Virus record (IMG/VR): IMGVR_UViG_3300017658_000009
Location: 1-38,917 of that record
DNA length: 38,917 nt
From: a virus
Taxonomy: Duplodnaviria; Caudoviricetes
Strand: one strand, 5' to 3'
Made by a program: the position numbers and the translations under genes
Shown: in pieces, positions 15,143 to 24,931 of the stretch
Numbering within the stretch: the stretch's first letter is position 1
How the letters are laid out: each line of letters begins with the position of its first letter
Notes under the pieces: model-generated
Database searches by the model: none
The model's input: the letters and a program-made list of their open reading frames with translations, nothing else
Told to the model about the DNA's origin: nothing

Positions 15143-15510
15143 TCGGACACCAGACACTCATCGCGGCCCGCATGGCCGGCTACCAGCCCACCGACGCGTG
15201 GCTGACCTGCCTGCCGACCGAGCAGACGTACGGCAGCTTCACCCACCCCGAGGCCCAGCTTGGCCGGATGACGAACGGGCGGTGGGTTGGCTTTCCGGAC
15301 ATCCACATCCACGACAGCGAGAACGCCGCGGCGCTGGACCTCCGGCCCGTCGTCGGCCTAGTGGTGCACATCGTGTCACCGACCCGGGCCCGCGCGTTGC
15401 AACTGCTTCGCCGTGTCACGGTGTTTTCGCCGGCGCGCGTCATTGCTTCTGGCGCGTGGGGCATCGTCCTCTGGGATCCGGAGGCAGGGCAGCAGGAGTT
15501 CTCGGCATGA
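15139..15510 (+). CDS. Hypothetical protein in the replication module
   Basis: GTGA and ATGA coupling to both neighbours. Confidence 0.7.
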   Translation: MIGHQTLIAARMAGYQPTDAWLTCLPTEQTYGSFTHPEAQLGRMTNGRWVGFPDIHIHDSENAAALDLRPVVGLVVHIVSPTRARALQLLRRVTVFSPARVIASGAWGIVLWDPEAGQQEFSA

Positions 15511-16448
15511 GCCAAATTTTGACCCCCGACGAGATCGATTTCCAGGCGTACATGGCCGAGGCTGAGCCCCAGGCGAAGGTGCTGGCGGCTGAGGCGTGGC
15601 GCGACGAACTGGCGCGCTCGGTGGAGCATGGCGACCACATCACCGGCGCCAAGCTGCCCTGGGCCAAGACGCACGACCTGATCCGGTTCCGCCGGAGCGA
15701 GGTGACGCTGTGGCAGGGCATCAACGGCCACGGCAAGAGCGAGTTGCTGGGCCAGGCCTGCATCGGCTTCGCCAACCAGGGGGAGCCGGTCTGCATCGCC
15801 TCGTTCGAAATGAAACCCCAGGCCACCCTGAAGCGGATGCTGCGCCAGACGGCCATGAACGGCCGGCCCAGCGTCCAGGCCGTCGACCGGCTGATCGAGT
15901 GGTCCCGGGACAAGCTGTGGCTGTACGACCAGCAAGGGACGGTGAAGCCGGCCATGCTCTACGCCGTGGCGCGGTACTGCGCAGATCGCTTGAAGGTGCG
16001 CCACCTGGTCATCGACAGCCTCATGAAGTGCGTCCGCGGCGAGGACGACTACAACGGCCAGAAAGACTTCGTGGACATGCTGTGCACGCTGGCGCGCGAC
16101 CTGGGCATGCACATCCACCTGGTCCACCACGCCAAGAAGGGCGAGAACGAGGACATGGTGCCGGGCAAGTTCTCGGCCAAGGGGTCGGGTGCCATCGTCG
16201 ACCAGGTCGACCAGATGCTGACCGTCTGGCGGAACAAGAAAAAGGAACGCATCGCAGAGGCGGAGCTGCGCAAGGACGGCGAATTGTCGGCCGACACGCT
16301 GGACACCCCCGATGCGTTGCTGATCTGCGACAAGAACCGGCACGGCGAGTGGGAAGGGCGCATCCAGCTCTGGCGCCACGCCGAAAGCCTCCAATTCGTC
16401 GGCGACAAGAGCCGGCGCCCCATGGACATGATCGGGAGCCTTGCATGA
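15507..16448 (+). CDS. SF4 (DnaB-like) replicative helicase
   Basis: Walker A GINGHGKS, SFEM, Walker B LVID, HIHLVHH, GSGAI, KNR.G motifs. Confidence 0.9.
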   Translation: MSQILTPDEIDFQAYMAEAEPQAKVLAAEAWRDELARSVEHGDHITGAKLPWAKTHDLIRFRRSEVTLWQGINGHGKSELLGQACIGFANQGEPVCIASFEMKPQATLKRMLRQTAMNGRPSVQAVDRLIEWSRDKLWLYDQQGTVKPAMLYAVARYCADRLKVRHLVIDSLMKCVRGEDDYNGQKDFVDMLCTLARDLGMHIHLVHHAKKGENEDMVPGKFSAKGSGAIVDQVDQMLTVWRNKKKERIAEAELRKDGELSADTLDTPDALLICDKNRHGEWEGRIQLWRHAESLQFVGDKSRRPMDMIGSLA

Positions 16449-17206
16449 CCCCACCCAACTTCACCCCCCAATCCGCCGACGTGGCGCTGGACCCGATGGC
16501 TGGAACGCTGCAGGCCTTCGGCGGGCGCACGGCGCTGCAATGCCAGGCCCGCGGCTGCGACGGCTGTCTCATCTGCAGGCCAGCCTCCGCTGCGCAGGTG
16601 GTGCAGGAGCGCCACAAAACCGCAGGCGGTGCAGGTGCCACCCCGGACAGCTTCGCGCGCGCGCACGTTTCGCCGCCGCTTGGCCTGGACGTGGCGCAGG
16701 CCGGCTTGTTCGCGCCCGAGGCACCAGCCGCTGCGGTCAACGTCAACATCCTGGCGCTGGACCTGGGCACGAAGACCGGCTACGCGCTGCGCCGGCGCGA
16801 CGCCACGCTGCTGCACGGTACCGAGGATTTCACGCCGCGCGAGAGCTGGGCGCCGGGCCAGAAATGGCTGCGCTTCCGGTCTTGGCTTTCGGCGACGATC
16901 ACCGAGCACAACATCACGCAGATCGCATTCGAGGACGTCAAGCGCCACGGCCCGGGCCAGGTGCTGGCTGCCCATGCCTACGGCGGCTTCCGCGCCATGC
17001 TCGAAATGGTGGCCGACAGCCACCGCGTGCGCCTGGTGCCGGTGGGTGTGGGCACGATCAAAAAGCACTGGACGGGGAAGGGCAACGCCGACAAGGCAGC
17101 CATGGAAGCCCAGGCGCGCGCCCGCGGATTCCGGCCCGATACCGACAACGACGCTGACGCCCTGGCCATCCTGCACTGGGCGGTGGATCAGGAGCGCAAT
17201 GCATGA
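16445..17206 (+). CDS. RuvC-like Holliday junction resolvase with N-terminal extension
   Basis: ILALDLG...FEDV...IKK..TGKGNA.K...DNDADALAIL. Confidence 0.82.
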   Translation: MTPPNFTPQSADVALDPMAGTLQAFGGRTALQCQARGCDGCLICRPASAAQVVQERHKTAGGAGATPDSFARAHVSPPLGLDVAQAGLFAPEAPAAAVNVNILALDLGTKTGYALRRRDATLLHGTEDFTPRESWAPGQKWLRFRSWLSATITEHNITQIAFEDVKRHGPGQVLAAHAYGGFRAMLEMVADSHRVRLVPVGVGTIKKHWTGKGNADKAAMEAQARARGFRPDTDNDADALAILHWAVDQERNA

Positions 17207-17583
17207 ACAAGCCCCACATCAAGCTCATCGGCGGCGTGTGGCGCTGCCAGTCTGCCGACGTCATGAACACCGGCCAGACACCGCGGCAGGCCTTCAACCG
17301 CTGGCTGGAGGCGACCATCAAGCAGGGGCTGGCGCACTACGGCCAGGCCGAGCCCATCGTGGATTTGCCGAAGCCGAAGCGCGAGCGCACCAGGCCGCGG
17401 ACGAAGCCCAAGGCGCTGGACCTGGACATCCCGGTCTTCATCGCCGCCCCGCGCACCAGCAACGCCTTGCAGCGCCCGGCGCTCAGCCTGTCGTCCGTGG
17501 GCCTGCGCATGAACGGCGAGCGCGCGCTGGCGGTCCAGCCGAAAACGCCCTCGCTCTCGGGCGGACGGCGGGGAGGGGAGTGA
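17203..17583 (+). CDS. Hypothetical protein
   Basis: 126 aa, ATGA-coupled, AGGAG RBS. Confidence 0.7.
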   Translation: MNKPHIKLIGGVWRCQSADVMNTGQTPRQAFNRWLEATIKQGLAHYGQAEPIVDLPKPKRERTRPRTKPKALDLDIPVFIAAPRTSNALQRPALSLSSVGLRMNGERALAVQPKTPSLSGGRRGGE

Positions 17584-17585
17584 CG

Positions 17586-18023
17586 ATGGAAAATCCGTTC
17601 CGCGAGACGCTGGAAGACCTCCTGACGATCTGGTACCACTGGACCGCAGCGCAGCGCCCGCACCTGGGCAATGCCAGATGCTCGCCCATGTTCCGCGACG
17701 CCCGCCCGGCCGCCGGCAACGTCCACGACGATGACGACGAGGTTACCGCCCGCCTGCGCGCCTTCAAGGCTAGAGCGATGGACCACCTGATCGACAAGCT
17801 TCCGCGCTGGGAGCATCGGGTGGCCGTCGAGCTGCACGTGGCCAACCGGATCGGGCCGCGCGTCTGGCGCAACGCCCGTCTGACGCCCGAGCAGTTGGCC
17901 GAATTCTGGGAAGACGCGCGCGGTCGGCTTGTGGTTGGCTGTGTGGATGCCGGGCTGCTGGAAGAGTCGGACCTGCTCCATTCCGTCACGCGCGGGCTTG
18001 CACATAGCGAAATTCGGCAGTAG
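17586..18023 (+). CDS. Putative late regulator (Q-like antiterminator)
   Basis: Last early gene, directly followed by a sigma70 promoter and terminators; LL..W..W N-terminus; function inferred from position. Confidence 0.6.
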   Translation: MENPFRETLEDLLTIWYHWTAAQRPHLGNARCSPMFRDARPAAGNVHDDDDEVTARLRAFKARAMDHLIDKLPRWEHRVAVELHVANRIGPRVWRNARLTPEQLAEFWEDARGRLVVGCVDAGLLEESDLLHSVTRGLAHSEIRQ

Positions 18024-18026
18024 CAT
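17998..18026 (+). promoter_or_regulatory. Late promoter (PR'-like)
   Basis: TTGCAC-17 nt-TAGCAT. Confidence 0.7.
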
Positions 18027-18047
18027 TGCGCCAAGTCTGGAAAAGTG

Positions 18048-18079
18048 CGCCCGCAACCGAAAGGTTGGCGGGCGTTTTT
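18048..18079 (+). terminator. tR'-like terminator 1
   Basis: CGCCCGCAACC-GAAA-GGTTGGCGGGCG followed by TTTTT. Confidence 0.85.
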
Positions 18080-18085
18080 CGTTAC

Positions 18086-18125
18086 AGCCCTCGTACTCTG
18101 GTGGTCCCAGAGGCGGGGGCTTTTT
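18086..18125 (+). terminator. tR'-like terminator 2
   Basis: AGCCCTCG..CTCTGG / CCAGAG.CGGGGGCT stem followed by a T run. Confidence 0.65.
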
Positions 18126-18141
18126 CATTGGAGCCGCTGGG

Positions 18142-18594
18142 ATGCCGAACGGCAGGGAGTACACCGACGAGGAAGCGCTGGAACTGGCTCTGGCCGTCTG
18201 CGCGGATATCTCGGCCGGTATGTCGTGCGTCAAGGCCTGCCGCAAGAAGGGCCGGCCCGCGCGCTCCACGTTCATGCTGTGGGTAAAGACCAACCACATG
18301 GGCATCCAACCGCTGTACGAGGCCGCGCTGAAGGACCGCGCGCACACCTTCGCCGAAGAGATGATCGAGATCGCCGACGGCGTGAAGGGCGGCACGGCCG
18401 ACGAGATACGCGCAGCTGACCTGCGCATCTCCACCCGGAAGTGGAACGCTGCCCGCATGGAGCCTACCGTTTACGGCGAGCGCGTGCGTCAGGAACACAC
18501 TGGCGCCAACGGCGCGCCTATCCAGACCGAGTCCATCGTTAATGTCGAGGCCGGGGAGGCCTACCTCCGGATGATCAATGGCGGCCACGCTTGA
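18142..18594 (+). CDS. terS: Terminase small subunit
   Basis: N-terminal HTH, A.E..EIAD, I.TRKW.A, YG...EHTG.NG.PI motifs; precedes terL. Confidence 0.88.
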   Translation: MPNGREYTDEEALELALAVCADISAGMSCVKACRKKGRPARSTFMLWVKTNHMGIQPLYEAALKDRAHTFAEEMIEIADGVKGGTADEIRAADLRISTRKWNAARMEPTVYGERVRQEHTGANGAPIQTESIVNVEAGEAYLRMINGGHA

Positions 18595-20080
18595 TTGGTT
18601 CGACTTCCGGGCCCCGGACTATGACCGGGTGTACCGGCTGCGGTCTGAGCGTCTGACCGCGCTGCGCGCCGATCCTGGATTGCTGGCCGGTGTGAAAGAG
18701 TTCTACAAGACTCACCCGGCCGAGTTCGTCAACGACTGGGGCATGACCTTCGATCCGCGCAATGCGGAAATCGGCCTGCCCACCATCATCCCGTTCGTGT
18801 TGTTCCCCAAGCAGGCCGAGTTCATCGAGTACTGCTACCGGAAATGGAAGGGCCGCGAGGACGGCCTGGCCGAGAAGTCCCGCGACATGGGCGTCTCCTG
18901 GCTTTGCGTGGGCTTCGCTGTCTGGATGTGGACCTTCTACAAGGGCGCGGTGGCCGGCTTCGGTAGCCGCAAGGAAGAGTACGTCGACAAGCTCGGCGAT
19001 CCGAAATCGCTCTTCTGGAAAGTCCGCCAGTTCATCGCCCTGCTGCCCAAGGAGTTCCGCCCGGTCGGCTACAGCGAGACACGCGACGCTCTGCATATGC
19101 GCATCTCCAACCCGGAGAACGGCGCGGTGATCGTTGGCGAGGCCGGCGACAACATCGGCCGGGGTAACCGGACTTCGATCTACTTCAAGGACGAATCCGC
19201 CTTCTACGAGCGCGCCGAGGCCATAGACGCCGCCTTGTCGCAGACGTCCAACTGCAAGATCGACGTGTCCACGCCCAACGGCAACGGCGGCCCGTTCTAC
19301 CGCAAGCGCTTTGGCGGCAAGATCGAGGTCTTTACGTTCAACTGGCGTGACGACCCCCGCAAGGATGAGGCCTGGTACCGCCTGCAGTGCGAAAAGAACG
19401 ACCCCGTGATCGTCGCCCAGGAAATCGACATCAACTATGACGCCTCGGTGACCAACTCCTGGATCCCGGGCGACACGGTGAACCAGGCCATGGGGCGCGG
19501 TCCGGCGGACGTGGAAGCTGTGGGCGGCCTGCGCGTCGGCATCGACGTGGCGCGCTTCGGTGGCGACAAGTCGGTCATCACCTTCCGCCGCGGGCGCGTT
19601 CTGATCAAGCAGGAGGTGCGCGCCGGGCTGGACACCGAACAGCTGGCCGCGCTGGCCAAGACCGAAATCGACGCCTACCTCACGAAACCTGAGCAGATCG
19701 CCGTGGACACCATCGGCATCGGCGCGGGCGTGGCCGACAAGCTGCGCGTCTGGTACGGCGACCTGGTGGCGGACGTGAACAGTTCCCTGCGGTTGTCGGA
19801 CGGCCAGAACTACAACCTGCGCGCCTTTATGTGGCGCCAGATGAAGGATTGGGTAGCGGCCGGCGCATCCATTCCCAACGATGGCGACCTGAAAGCCGAA
19901 CTCACGGCCCTGCGCTACTCATACCGCGGCGGCGAGCTTCTGATCGAATCCAAGGACGACGCGAAGAAGCGCGGCATCAAGTCCCCTGATCGCGCCGATT
20001 CCCTGGCGCTCACCTTCGCAATCCCCGGCAGCGCTGCATTCAGCCAGCCGATCAACTATCCGTCCCTCGGACAATTCTGA
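18578..20080 (+). CDS. terL: Terminase large subunit
   Basis: KSRDMGVS Walker A variant, YFKDE Walker B, VSTPNG, nuclease GIDVAR and SPDRAD. Confidence 0.95.
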   Translation: MAATLDWFDFRAPDYDRVYRLRSERLTALRADPGLLAGVKEFYKTHPAEFVNDWGMTFDPRNAEIGLPTIIPFVLFPKQAEFIEYCYRKWKGREDGLAEKSRDMGVSWLCVGFAVWMWTFYKGAVAGFGSRKEEYVDKLGDPKSLFWKVRQFIALLPKEFRPVGYSETRDALHMRISNPENGAVIVGEAGDNIGRGNRTSIYFKDESAFYERAEAIDAALSQTSNCKIDVSTPNGNGGPFYRKRFGGKIEVFTFNWRDDPRKDEAWYRLQCEKNDPVIVAQEIDINYDASVTNSWIPGDTVNQAMGRGPADVEAVGGLRVGIDVARFGGDKSVITFRRGRVLIKQEVRAGLDTEQLAALAKTEIDAYLTKPEQIAVDTIGIGAGVADKLRVWYGDLVADVNSSLRLSDGQNYNLRAFMWRQMKDWVAAGASIPNDGDLKAELTALRYSYRGGELLIESKDDAKKRGIKSPDRADSLALTFAIPGSAAFSQPINYPSLGQF

Positions 20081-22251
20081 TGCCCAAGCTTCCCGACGAC
20101 GAATTCGAAAAGATCCTGGACAGCCAGATCAACGAGGCCGCCCAGTGGCAGGAAGAGCATTTCCGCGACGACCGCGAGCGGAACTATCGCTACTACCTGG
20201 GCGAGGCCGTGCCCGGCCCGGCGGGGCGCTCGCAGGCCGTTTCCTGGGACGTGTACGAAACCATCGAGTCCGCGCTGCCCGATCTCATCGAGATTTTCCT
20301 GTCCGGCGAGAACGTGGGCGAGTTTGAGCCTGTGGGCGCCGAGGACGAGGCCTTCGCCGAGCAGGCCACGGACTACATCAATTACATCCTGCTGAAGCAG
20401 AACCCCGGGTTTCTGATCTTCAATACCTGGATCAAGGATGCGCTGCTGTCCAAGATCGGCATTGTGCGCGCGTACTGGGCCGAATGCGAAAAGGTGACGG
20501 TCAAGGAGTACAAGGGCATCGACGAGGACCAGCTGACCGCTATGCTGGTGGATGACGATGCGGAGGTGACCGAGAGTGCCAGCTATGACGATCCGGAGGA
20601 ACTGAAGGCGCGGGAGCAGGCCCAGGCCTCTCTGAACGCGCTGGCGCCGGAAGTCCGGGCCCAGATAGAAATGATGTTGGCGCTGCCCGTCCGCCAGCTG
20701 CTGGACGTGACGATCAAGACCACCCGCAAGAAGGGCCGCGTCTACATCGACAACGTGCAGCCCGAGAATTTCATCGTCACGCCGCGCGCGAAGACGATGG
20801 CCGCGGCCGACATCGTGGGCGAGATGAAGTCGATGTCCCGCTCGGACATGATCGAGGCAGGCTATTCCAAGGAAGCCGTCGACGAGGTGCAGTCGTTCGG
20901 CTCGATCATCGATCAAAGCAGCGGTATCGCCCAGGAGGCCAACGGCGAGGCGAACTACGATCCCGAAACCTACGATGCCCCGGACAAGGCCACGGAAGAG
21001 GTGAATGTCTTCGACGGCTTCATCCGCCTGGACTATGACGGCGATGGCATCGCCGAATGGCGCCGCGTCGTGCGCGGCGGGAACTTGACGCTGCTGAACG
21101 AGGAATCGGAAGGCCCGGATTTCGTGGTGATGTCGCCGATCCTGATCCCGCATCGCTTGATCGGCATGGCGCTGGCGGACTCGGTCGCGCCCATTCAGGA
21201 CACCAGTACCGCGCTGACGCGCCAGTACATCGACTCGCTGATGCTGGCGAACAACCCGCGCACGGCGGTGCTGGAAGGCCAGGTCAATCTGGATGACCTG
21301 CTGAACAACCGCATCGGCGGCATCGTTCGCATGAAATCGCCCGGCGCGGCGACTCCGCTGCAAACCACCAACGTGGCCGAATCGGCCCTGCAGGGCATCG
21401 AGTTCCAGGATTCTCGCCGGGAGGCTCGCACGGGCATCACCCGGTACAACCAAGGGCTGGACGCCGACAGCCTGAACAAGACCGCCACGGGCGTCTCGAA
21501 GATCATGTCGGCCGGGGACCGCCGCAAGCTCATGATGGCCCGGATCATGGCCGAGACGGGCGTCAAAGATCTGTTCCGGCTCCTGCTGCGCCTGGTTACC
21601 GAGAACCAGGACAAGCCGGCCACCATCCGCCTGCGCAACGAATGGGTCCAGATCGACCCGTCGCCCTGGCCCCCTGAAATGGACGTGACGATCGAAACCG
21701 GCACGGGTTCGGGTGACAAATCCAAGCTGATCGGGATCCTGCAGGGCATCTTGGAGGCGCAGAAAGAGGCCATAGCGGCCAGCGCTCCCGTCACGACGTG
21801 GAAGAACATCTACAACACCCTGTCGCAGATCGTGAAGGCCGCGGGCCTGAAATCGGTCGACAAGTACTTTACCGATCCTGAGCAGGCCCAGCAGCTGCCG
21901 GATGTGGGAGGCGGCCAGGACAGCCCGGAAACGGCGCTGGCGCAGGCCCAGGTGAAGGCCGCCGAGCTCGACCTGCAGGGCAAGCAGCTCCAGATCCAGG
22001 CCGACATGCAGGCCAAGCAGGCCGACGTGGAAATCGAGAAGGTGAAGCTCCAGCAGGCACAGGTGCAGCTGGAGATCAAGCAGGCAGAACTGGACCTGAA
22101 GCAGGCGGACCTGCGCATCAAGGAGCAGGATCTTCGCCTGAGGGCCGCCCAGGCCAGCGCCGACACCGAGCTGAAGGCCCGCGAACAGGACCGCAAGGAC
22201 ATTGAAACCGCCGCCACTCTCACGGCTCCCACCATGAGCATGCCCGTATGA
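20080..22251 (+). CDS. Portal protein (P22-like, with long C-terminal coiled coil)
   Basis: 723 aa directly after terL; Q/E/K-rich helical C-terminus. Confidence 0.88.
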   Translation: MPKLPDDEFEKILDSQINEAAQWQEEHFRDDRERNYRYYLGEAVPGPAGRSQAVSWDVYETIESALPDLIEIFLSGENVGEFEPVGAEDEAFAEQATDYINYILLKQNPGFLIFNTWIKDALLSKIGIVRAYWAECEKVTVKEYKGIDEDQLTAMLVDDDAEVTESASYDDPEELKAREQAQASLNALAPEVRAQIEMMLALPVRQLLDVTIKTTRKKGRVYIDNVQPENFIVTPRAKTMAAADIVGEMKSMSRSDMIEAGYSKEAVDEVQSFGSIIDQSSGIAQEANGEANYDPETYDAPDKATEEVNVFDGFIRLDYDGDGIAEWRRVVRGGNLTLLNEESEGPDFVVMSPILIPHRLIGMALADSVAPIQDTSTALTRQYIDSLMLANNPRTAVLEGQVNLDDLLNNRIGGIVRMKSPGAATPLQTTNVAESALQGIEFQDSRREARTGITRYNQGLDADSLNKTATGVSKIMSAGDRRKLMMARIMAETGVKDLFRLLLRLVTENQDKPATIRLRNEWVQIDPSPWPPEMDVTIETGTGSGDKSKLIGILQGILEAQKEAIAASAPVTTWKNIYNTLSQIVKAAGLKSVDKYFTDPEQAQQLPDVGGGQDSPETALAQAQVKAAELDLQGKQLQIQADMQAKQADVEIEKVKLQQAQVQLEIKQAELDLKQADLRIKEQDLRLRAAQASADTELKAREQDRKDIETAATLTAPTMSMPV

Positions 22252-22565
22252 GCGAACTGACGCATGAGCAGCACCAGGCCCTGGAGCGTGCGAATCGCGC
22301 CGCAGTCATCACGCAGGATCCGCTGCTGGTGGGTGCGATTGCCCAGCTGGAAGAGGACCTTTTCGAGGTCTGGAAGGACCCGCAGCTGACGGCCGGACAG
22401 CGCGAAGAGCTGCACCGGATGCACAAGACCCTGACCCGATTCGTGGGCGTGCTGGATGCCTATGTCGTGGGCGGCGCCGAGCCGCGTCACATCCTGGGCC
22501 TGCCTGCCCCGCAGAAATCCTTCTTCGAACGCATCAAGGAGCGCCTCCATGGCCAAAAAACGTGA
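22248..22565 (+). CDS. Hypothetical head-module protein
   Basis: ATGA-coupled to portal, 105 aa. Confidence 0.75.
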   Translation: MSELTHEQHQALERANRAAVITQDPLLVGAIAQLEEDLFEVWKDPQLTAGQREELHRMHKTLTRFVGVLDAYVVGGAEPRHILGLPAPQKSFFERIKERLHGQKT

Positions 22566-22851
22566 CCCCCAGAACGAAGCCCCGGCGCCTGCAGGCGCGG
22601 CGCCCGTGCCGGATGCAGCGCTTGCACCCGCCGCGCCTCTGGATGCGCTGCCGGCGTTCATCCGCAAGCACGAGGACGCCGCCGCGCGCCGCGGTGAAGA
22701 GCGCGGCGAGCAGATCGTGGTGGTGGCGATCAGCCATCCGGACGCCGGCGAGGCGCGGACCGTCTTCGCCGGGCGCGACGGCGGCATCCGCATGTCGCGC
22801 GGGGCGCCTGGCGCGGTCTACAGCGACGGATCGAAGCACGCCAGCGCATGA
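22549..22851 (+). CDS. Hypothetical protein
   Basis: AAGGAG RBS before ATG 22549. Confidence 0.7.
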   Translation: MAKKRDPQNEAPAPAGAAPVPDAALAPAAPLDALPAFIRKHEDAAARRGEERGEQIVVVAISHPDAGEARTVFAGRDGGIRMSRGAPGAVYSDGSKHASA

Positions 22852-22909
22852 GCCTTTTCTGGGCCTGCTGCCAGCCCCTGATGGCAGCCGTAAGAAAGAC
22901 CAACCGAAT

Positions 22910-22931
22910 GGCCGCCTCGCGCGGCCTTTTT
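22910..22931 (+). terminator. Intrinsic terminator before scaffold gene
   Basis: GGCCGC-ctcgc-GCGGCC followed by a T run. Confidence 0.6.
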
Positions 22932-22966
22932 GTTGCTCGGAGTCAAACCTTATAGGGATGTGAGCC

Positions 22967-23935
22967 ATGTCTGAATTCACCCTGGAAAGCCTTGCCAACA
23001 CGCTCGCCGCCGAACCGGAGACGGAAGAGGCGCGCGACGACGAAAACGCCCAACCCGAAGGGGAGGCGCAAAGCGACGAGCAGGAGAGCGTCGGCGAGGA
23101 GCAGGACACCACCAACGACGAGGGCGCCGAAACGGAGGAATCCGAGGAAGGCGCGGACGATGAACCGGGCTCGGAATCGTCGCAGGACCCCGTGCACAAG
23201 TGGAAAACTGCCGATGGTACCGAGTACGAGGTTCCGGAGAGTGATCTCCGGGCGGGTTACATGCGTCAGCAGGACTACACGCAGAAGACCCAGACCTTGG
23301 CCAAGGAGCGTGAGCAGGCGGAAAGCGAAATCCAGAAGCGAGCCCAGCAATCCGTCCAGACCATGAACCTGTACGGCGAGAAGCTCGGCGAATTGCACCT
23401 TGTGCGTGCCACCGTGGCGCATCTGGAGTCTGTGTTGCAGCAGACCAACCGCGAAGATGAACCGGCCCGCTACGCCGCGTTGCAGTCCGACCTGCTTCGT
23501 GCCCAACAGCAGGGACGTGAGCTGACCGGCATGCTCTCGCAAGCGAACCAGCTTATGCAGGCCCAGCAGGCCGAGCTGACGAAGAAGGCGCAAGGCGAAA
23601 CCGCCAAGCTCCTGGCGGCCGAAATGCCGGATTTCGCCGCCCGTCTGCCCGTGTGGAACAAGCACGCAACCGCCACCTACGGCTTTTCCCCCGAGGAACT
23701 GTCCCAGGTGACGGATCCGCGCATTTTCCGCCTGCTGGACGATGCCACCCGGTTTCGTGACCTGCAGAACCGCAAGCCCGAGGCGGTGAAGAAGGCCCAG
23801 GCCGCGCCCGCGAAGCCCGCGCGCCAGACCAGGACCGTGCCGTCTTCCACTATCGACAAGGCAGTCAAGCGCCATGCGGCACAGCGGAACGTCGATTCCC
23901 TCGCCGCAGTGCTGGCCGCCCAACAAAGGAACTGA
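22967..23935 (+). CDS. Capsid scaffolding protein
   Basis: Acidic N-terminus, GY..Q.DYT.KTQ.LA motif, coiled coil; immediately upstream of capsid. Confidence 0.85.
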   Translation: MSEFTLESLANTLAAEPETEEARDDENAQPEGEAQSDEQESVGEEQDTTNDEGAETEESEEGADDEPGSESSQDPVHKWKTADGTEYEVPESDLRAGYMRQQDYTQKTQTLAKEREQAESEIQKRAQQSVQTMNLYGEKLGELHLVRATVAHLESVLQQTNREDEPARYAALQSDLLRAQQQGRELTGMLSQANQLMQAQQAELTKKAQGETAKLLAAEMPDFAARLPVWNKHATATYGFSPEELSQVTDPRIFRLLDDATRFRDLQNRKPEAVKKAQAAPAKPARQTRTVPSSTIDKAVKRHAAQRNVDSLAAVLAAQQRN

Positions 23936-23939
23936 AATC

Positions 23940-24884
23940 ATGGCCAAACTCACGAACTCCTTCGCGACCTTCGACGCCGTCGGCGACAAGGAAGACGTCG
24001 ACGACCAGATCTATCGCACCAGCCCGGAGGAAACCCCCTTCATTTCGGCCATCGGTCGCAGCAAGACCATGTCCACCAATCCGGAATGGCAAACCGACGC
24101 TCTGGAGCAGCCCACCAATAACAAGGTGGTGCAGGGCAACGAGCCGACGCCCAACGCGCTCACCCCGACGGTGATGCTCAGCAACCGCACTCAGATCTCG
24201 GAAAAGACCTACGCGGTTACCGAAACCCAGGAAGTGGTCGGCAAGTACGGCCGCGCGTCGGAAGTCGCGTACCAGGACGCCAAGAAGATGATCGAGCTCA
24301 AGCGCGACATCGAATTCGCGGCCTTGCAGAACTCGACCGCCATCGTGGCGGCTGCGGCGACCGCGCCCCAGGCGCGCGGCGTGCTGGGTTTCATCTACGA
24401 AAACACCAGTTTCGGCACCGGCGGCGCAGACCCGGATCCGGCGACCAACACGGCGCAGACCGATGGCACGCAGCGCGCGTTCACCGAGGCGCTGCTGAAC
24501 GAGGCCGCCACCAAGGCCTGGGACAACGGCGCGAAGGCGAACCTGTCGTTGTACATCCCGTCCGCCCAGCGTGCGGTGTTCTCCGGTTTCGATGTGAATT
24601 CCACCAAGTTCACGCTCACCAAGGACGCGACGCTGAACGCGACGATCGACGTGTACCGGGGAGACTTCGGCATCTACAAGGTCGTGAACAGCCGCTACCA
24701 GCGCCAGCGCGAAGTGTTCGGCATTGACACCTCCACGTGGAAGCAGCGGGTTCTGCGCCCGATGAAGGCGATCGACCTGGCCAAGACCGGCGACAACCGC
24801 AAGCGCATGGTGAACACCGAGTGGACGCTGCAATGCACGGCGCCGCTTGGCAACTTCGCCGTCCGCGACCTGACCACGGCCTAA
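23940..24884 (+). CDS. Major capsid protein (DUF5309/SU10-like)
   Basis: ED..D.I...SP.ETPF.S, EWQTD.L, N.TQI..K, ELKRDIE motifs; AAAGGA RBS; downstream terminator. Confidence 0.88.
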   Translation: MAKLTNSFATFDAVGDKEDVDDQIYRTSPEETPFISAIGRSKTMSTNPEWQTDALEQPTNNKVVQGNEPTPNALTPTVMLSNRTQISEKTYAVTETQEVVGKYGRASEVAYQDAKKMIELKRDIEFAALQNSTAIVAAAATAPQARGVLGFIYENTSFGTGGADPDPATNTAQTDGTQRAFTEALLNEAATKAWDNGAKANLSLYIPSAQRAVFSGFDVNSTKFTLTKDATLNATIDVYRGDFGIYKVVNSRYQRQREVFGIDTSTWKQRVLRPMKAIDLAKTGDNRKRMVNTEWTLQCTAPLGNFAVRDLTTA

Positions 24885-24904
24885 GCGCCACAGCGAAGGA
24901 GACT

Positions 24905-24928
24905 GGCCCGGGGAAACCCGGGCCTTTT
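24905..24928 (+). terminator. Intrinsic terminator after capsid gene
   Basis: GGCCCGGG-GAAA-CCCGGGCC-TTTT. Confidence 0.8.
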
Positions 24929-24931
24929 CAC

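Noticed and set aside
15596-16444. N-terminal part of the 536-aa ORF 15596-17206
   Set aside because: Arg-rich off-frame read-through over the helicase; the real gene starts at the ATGA overlap at 16445
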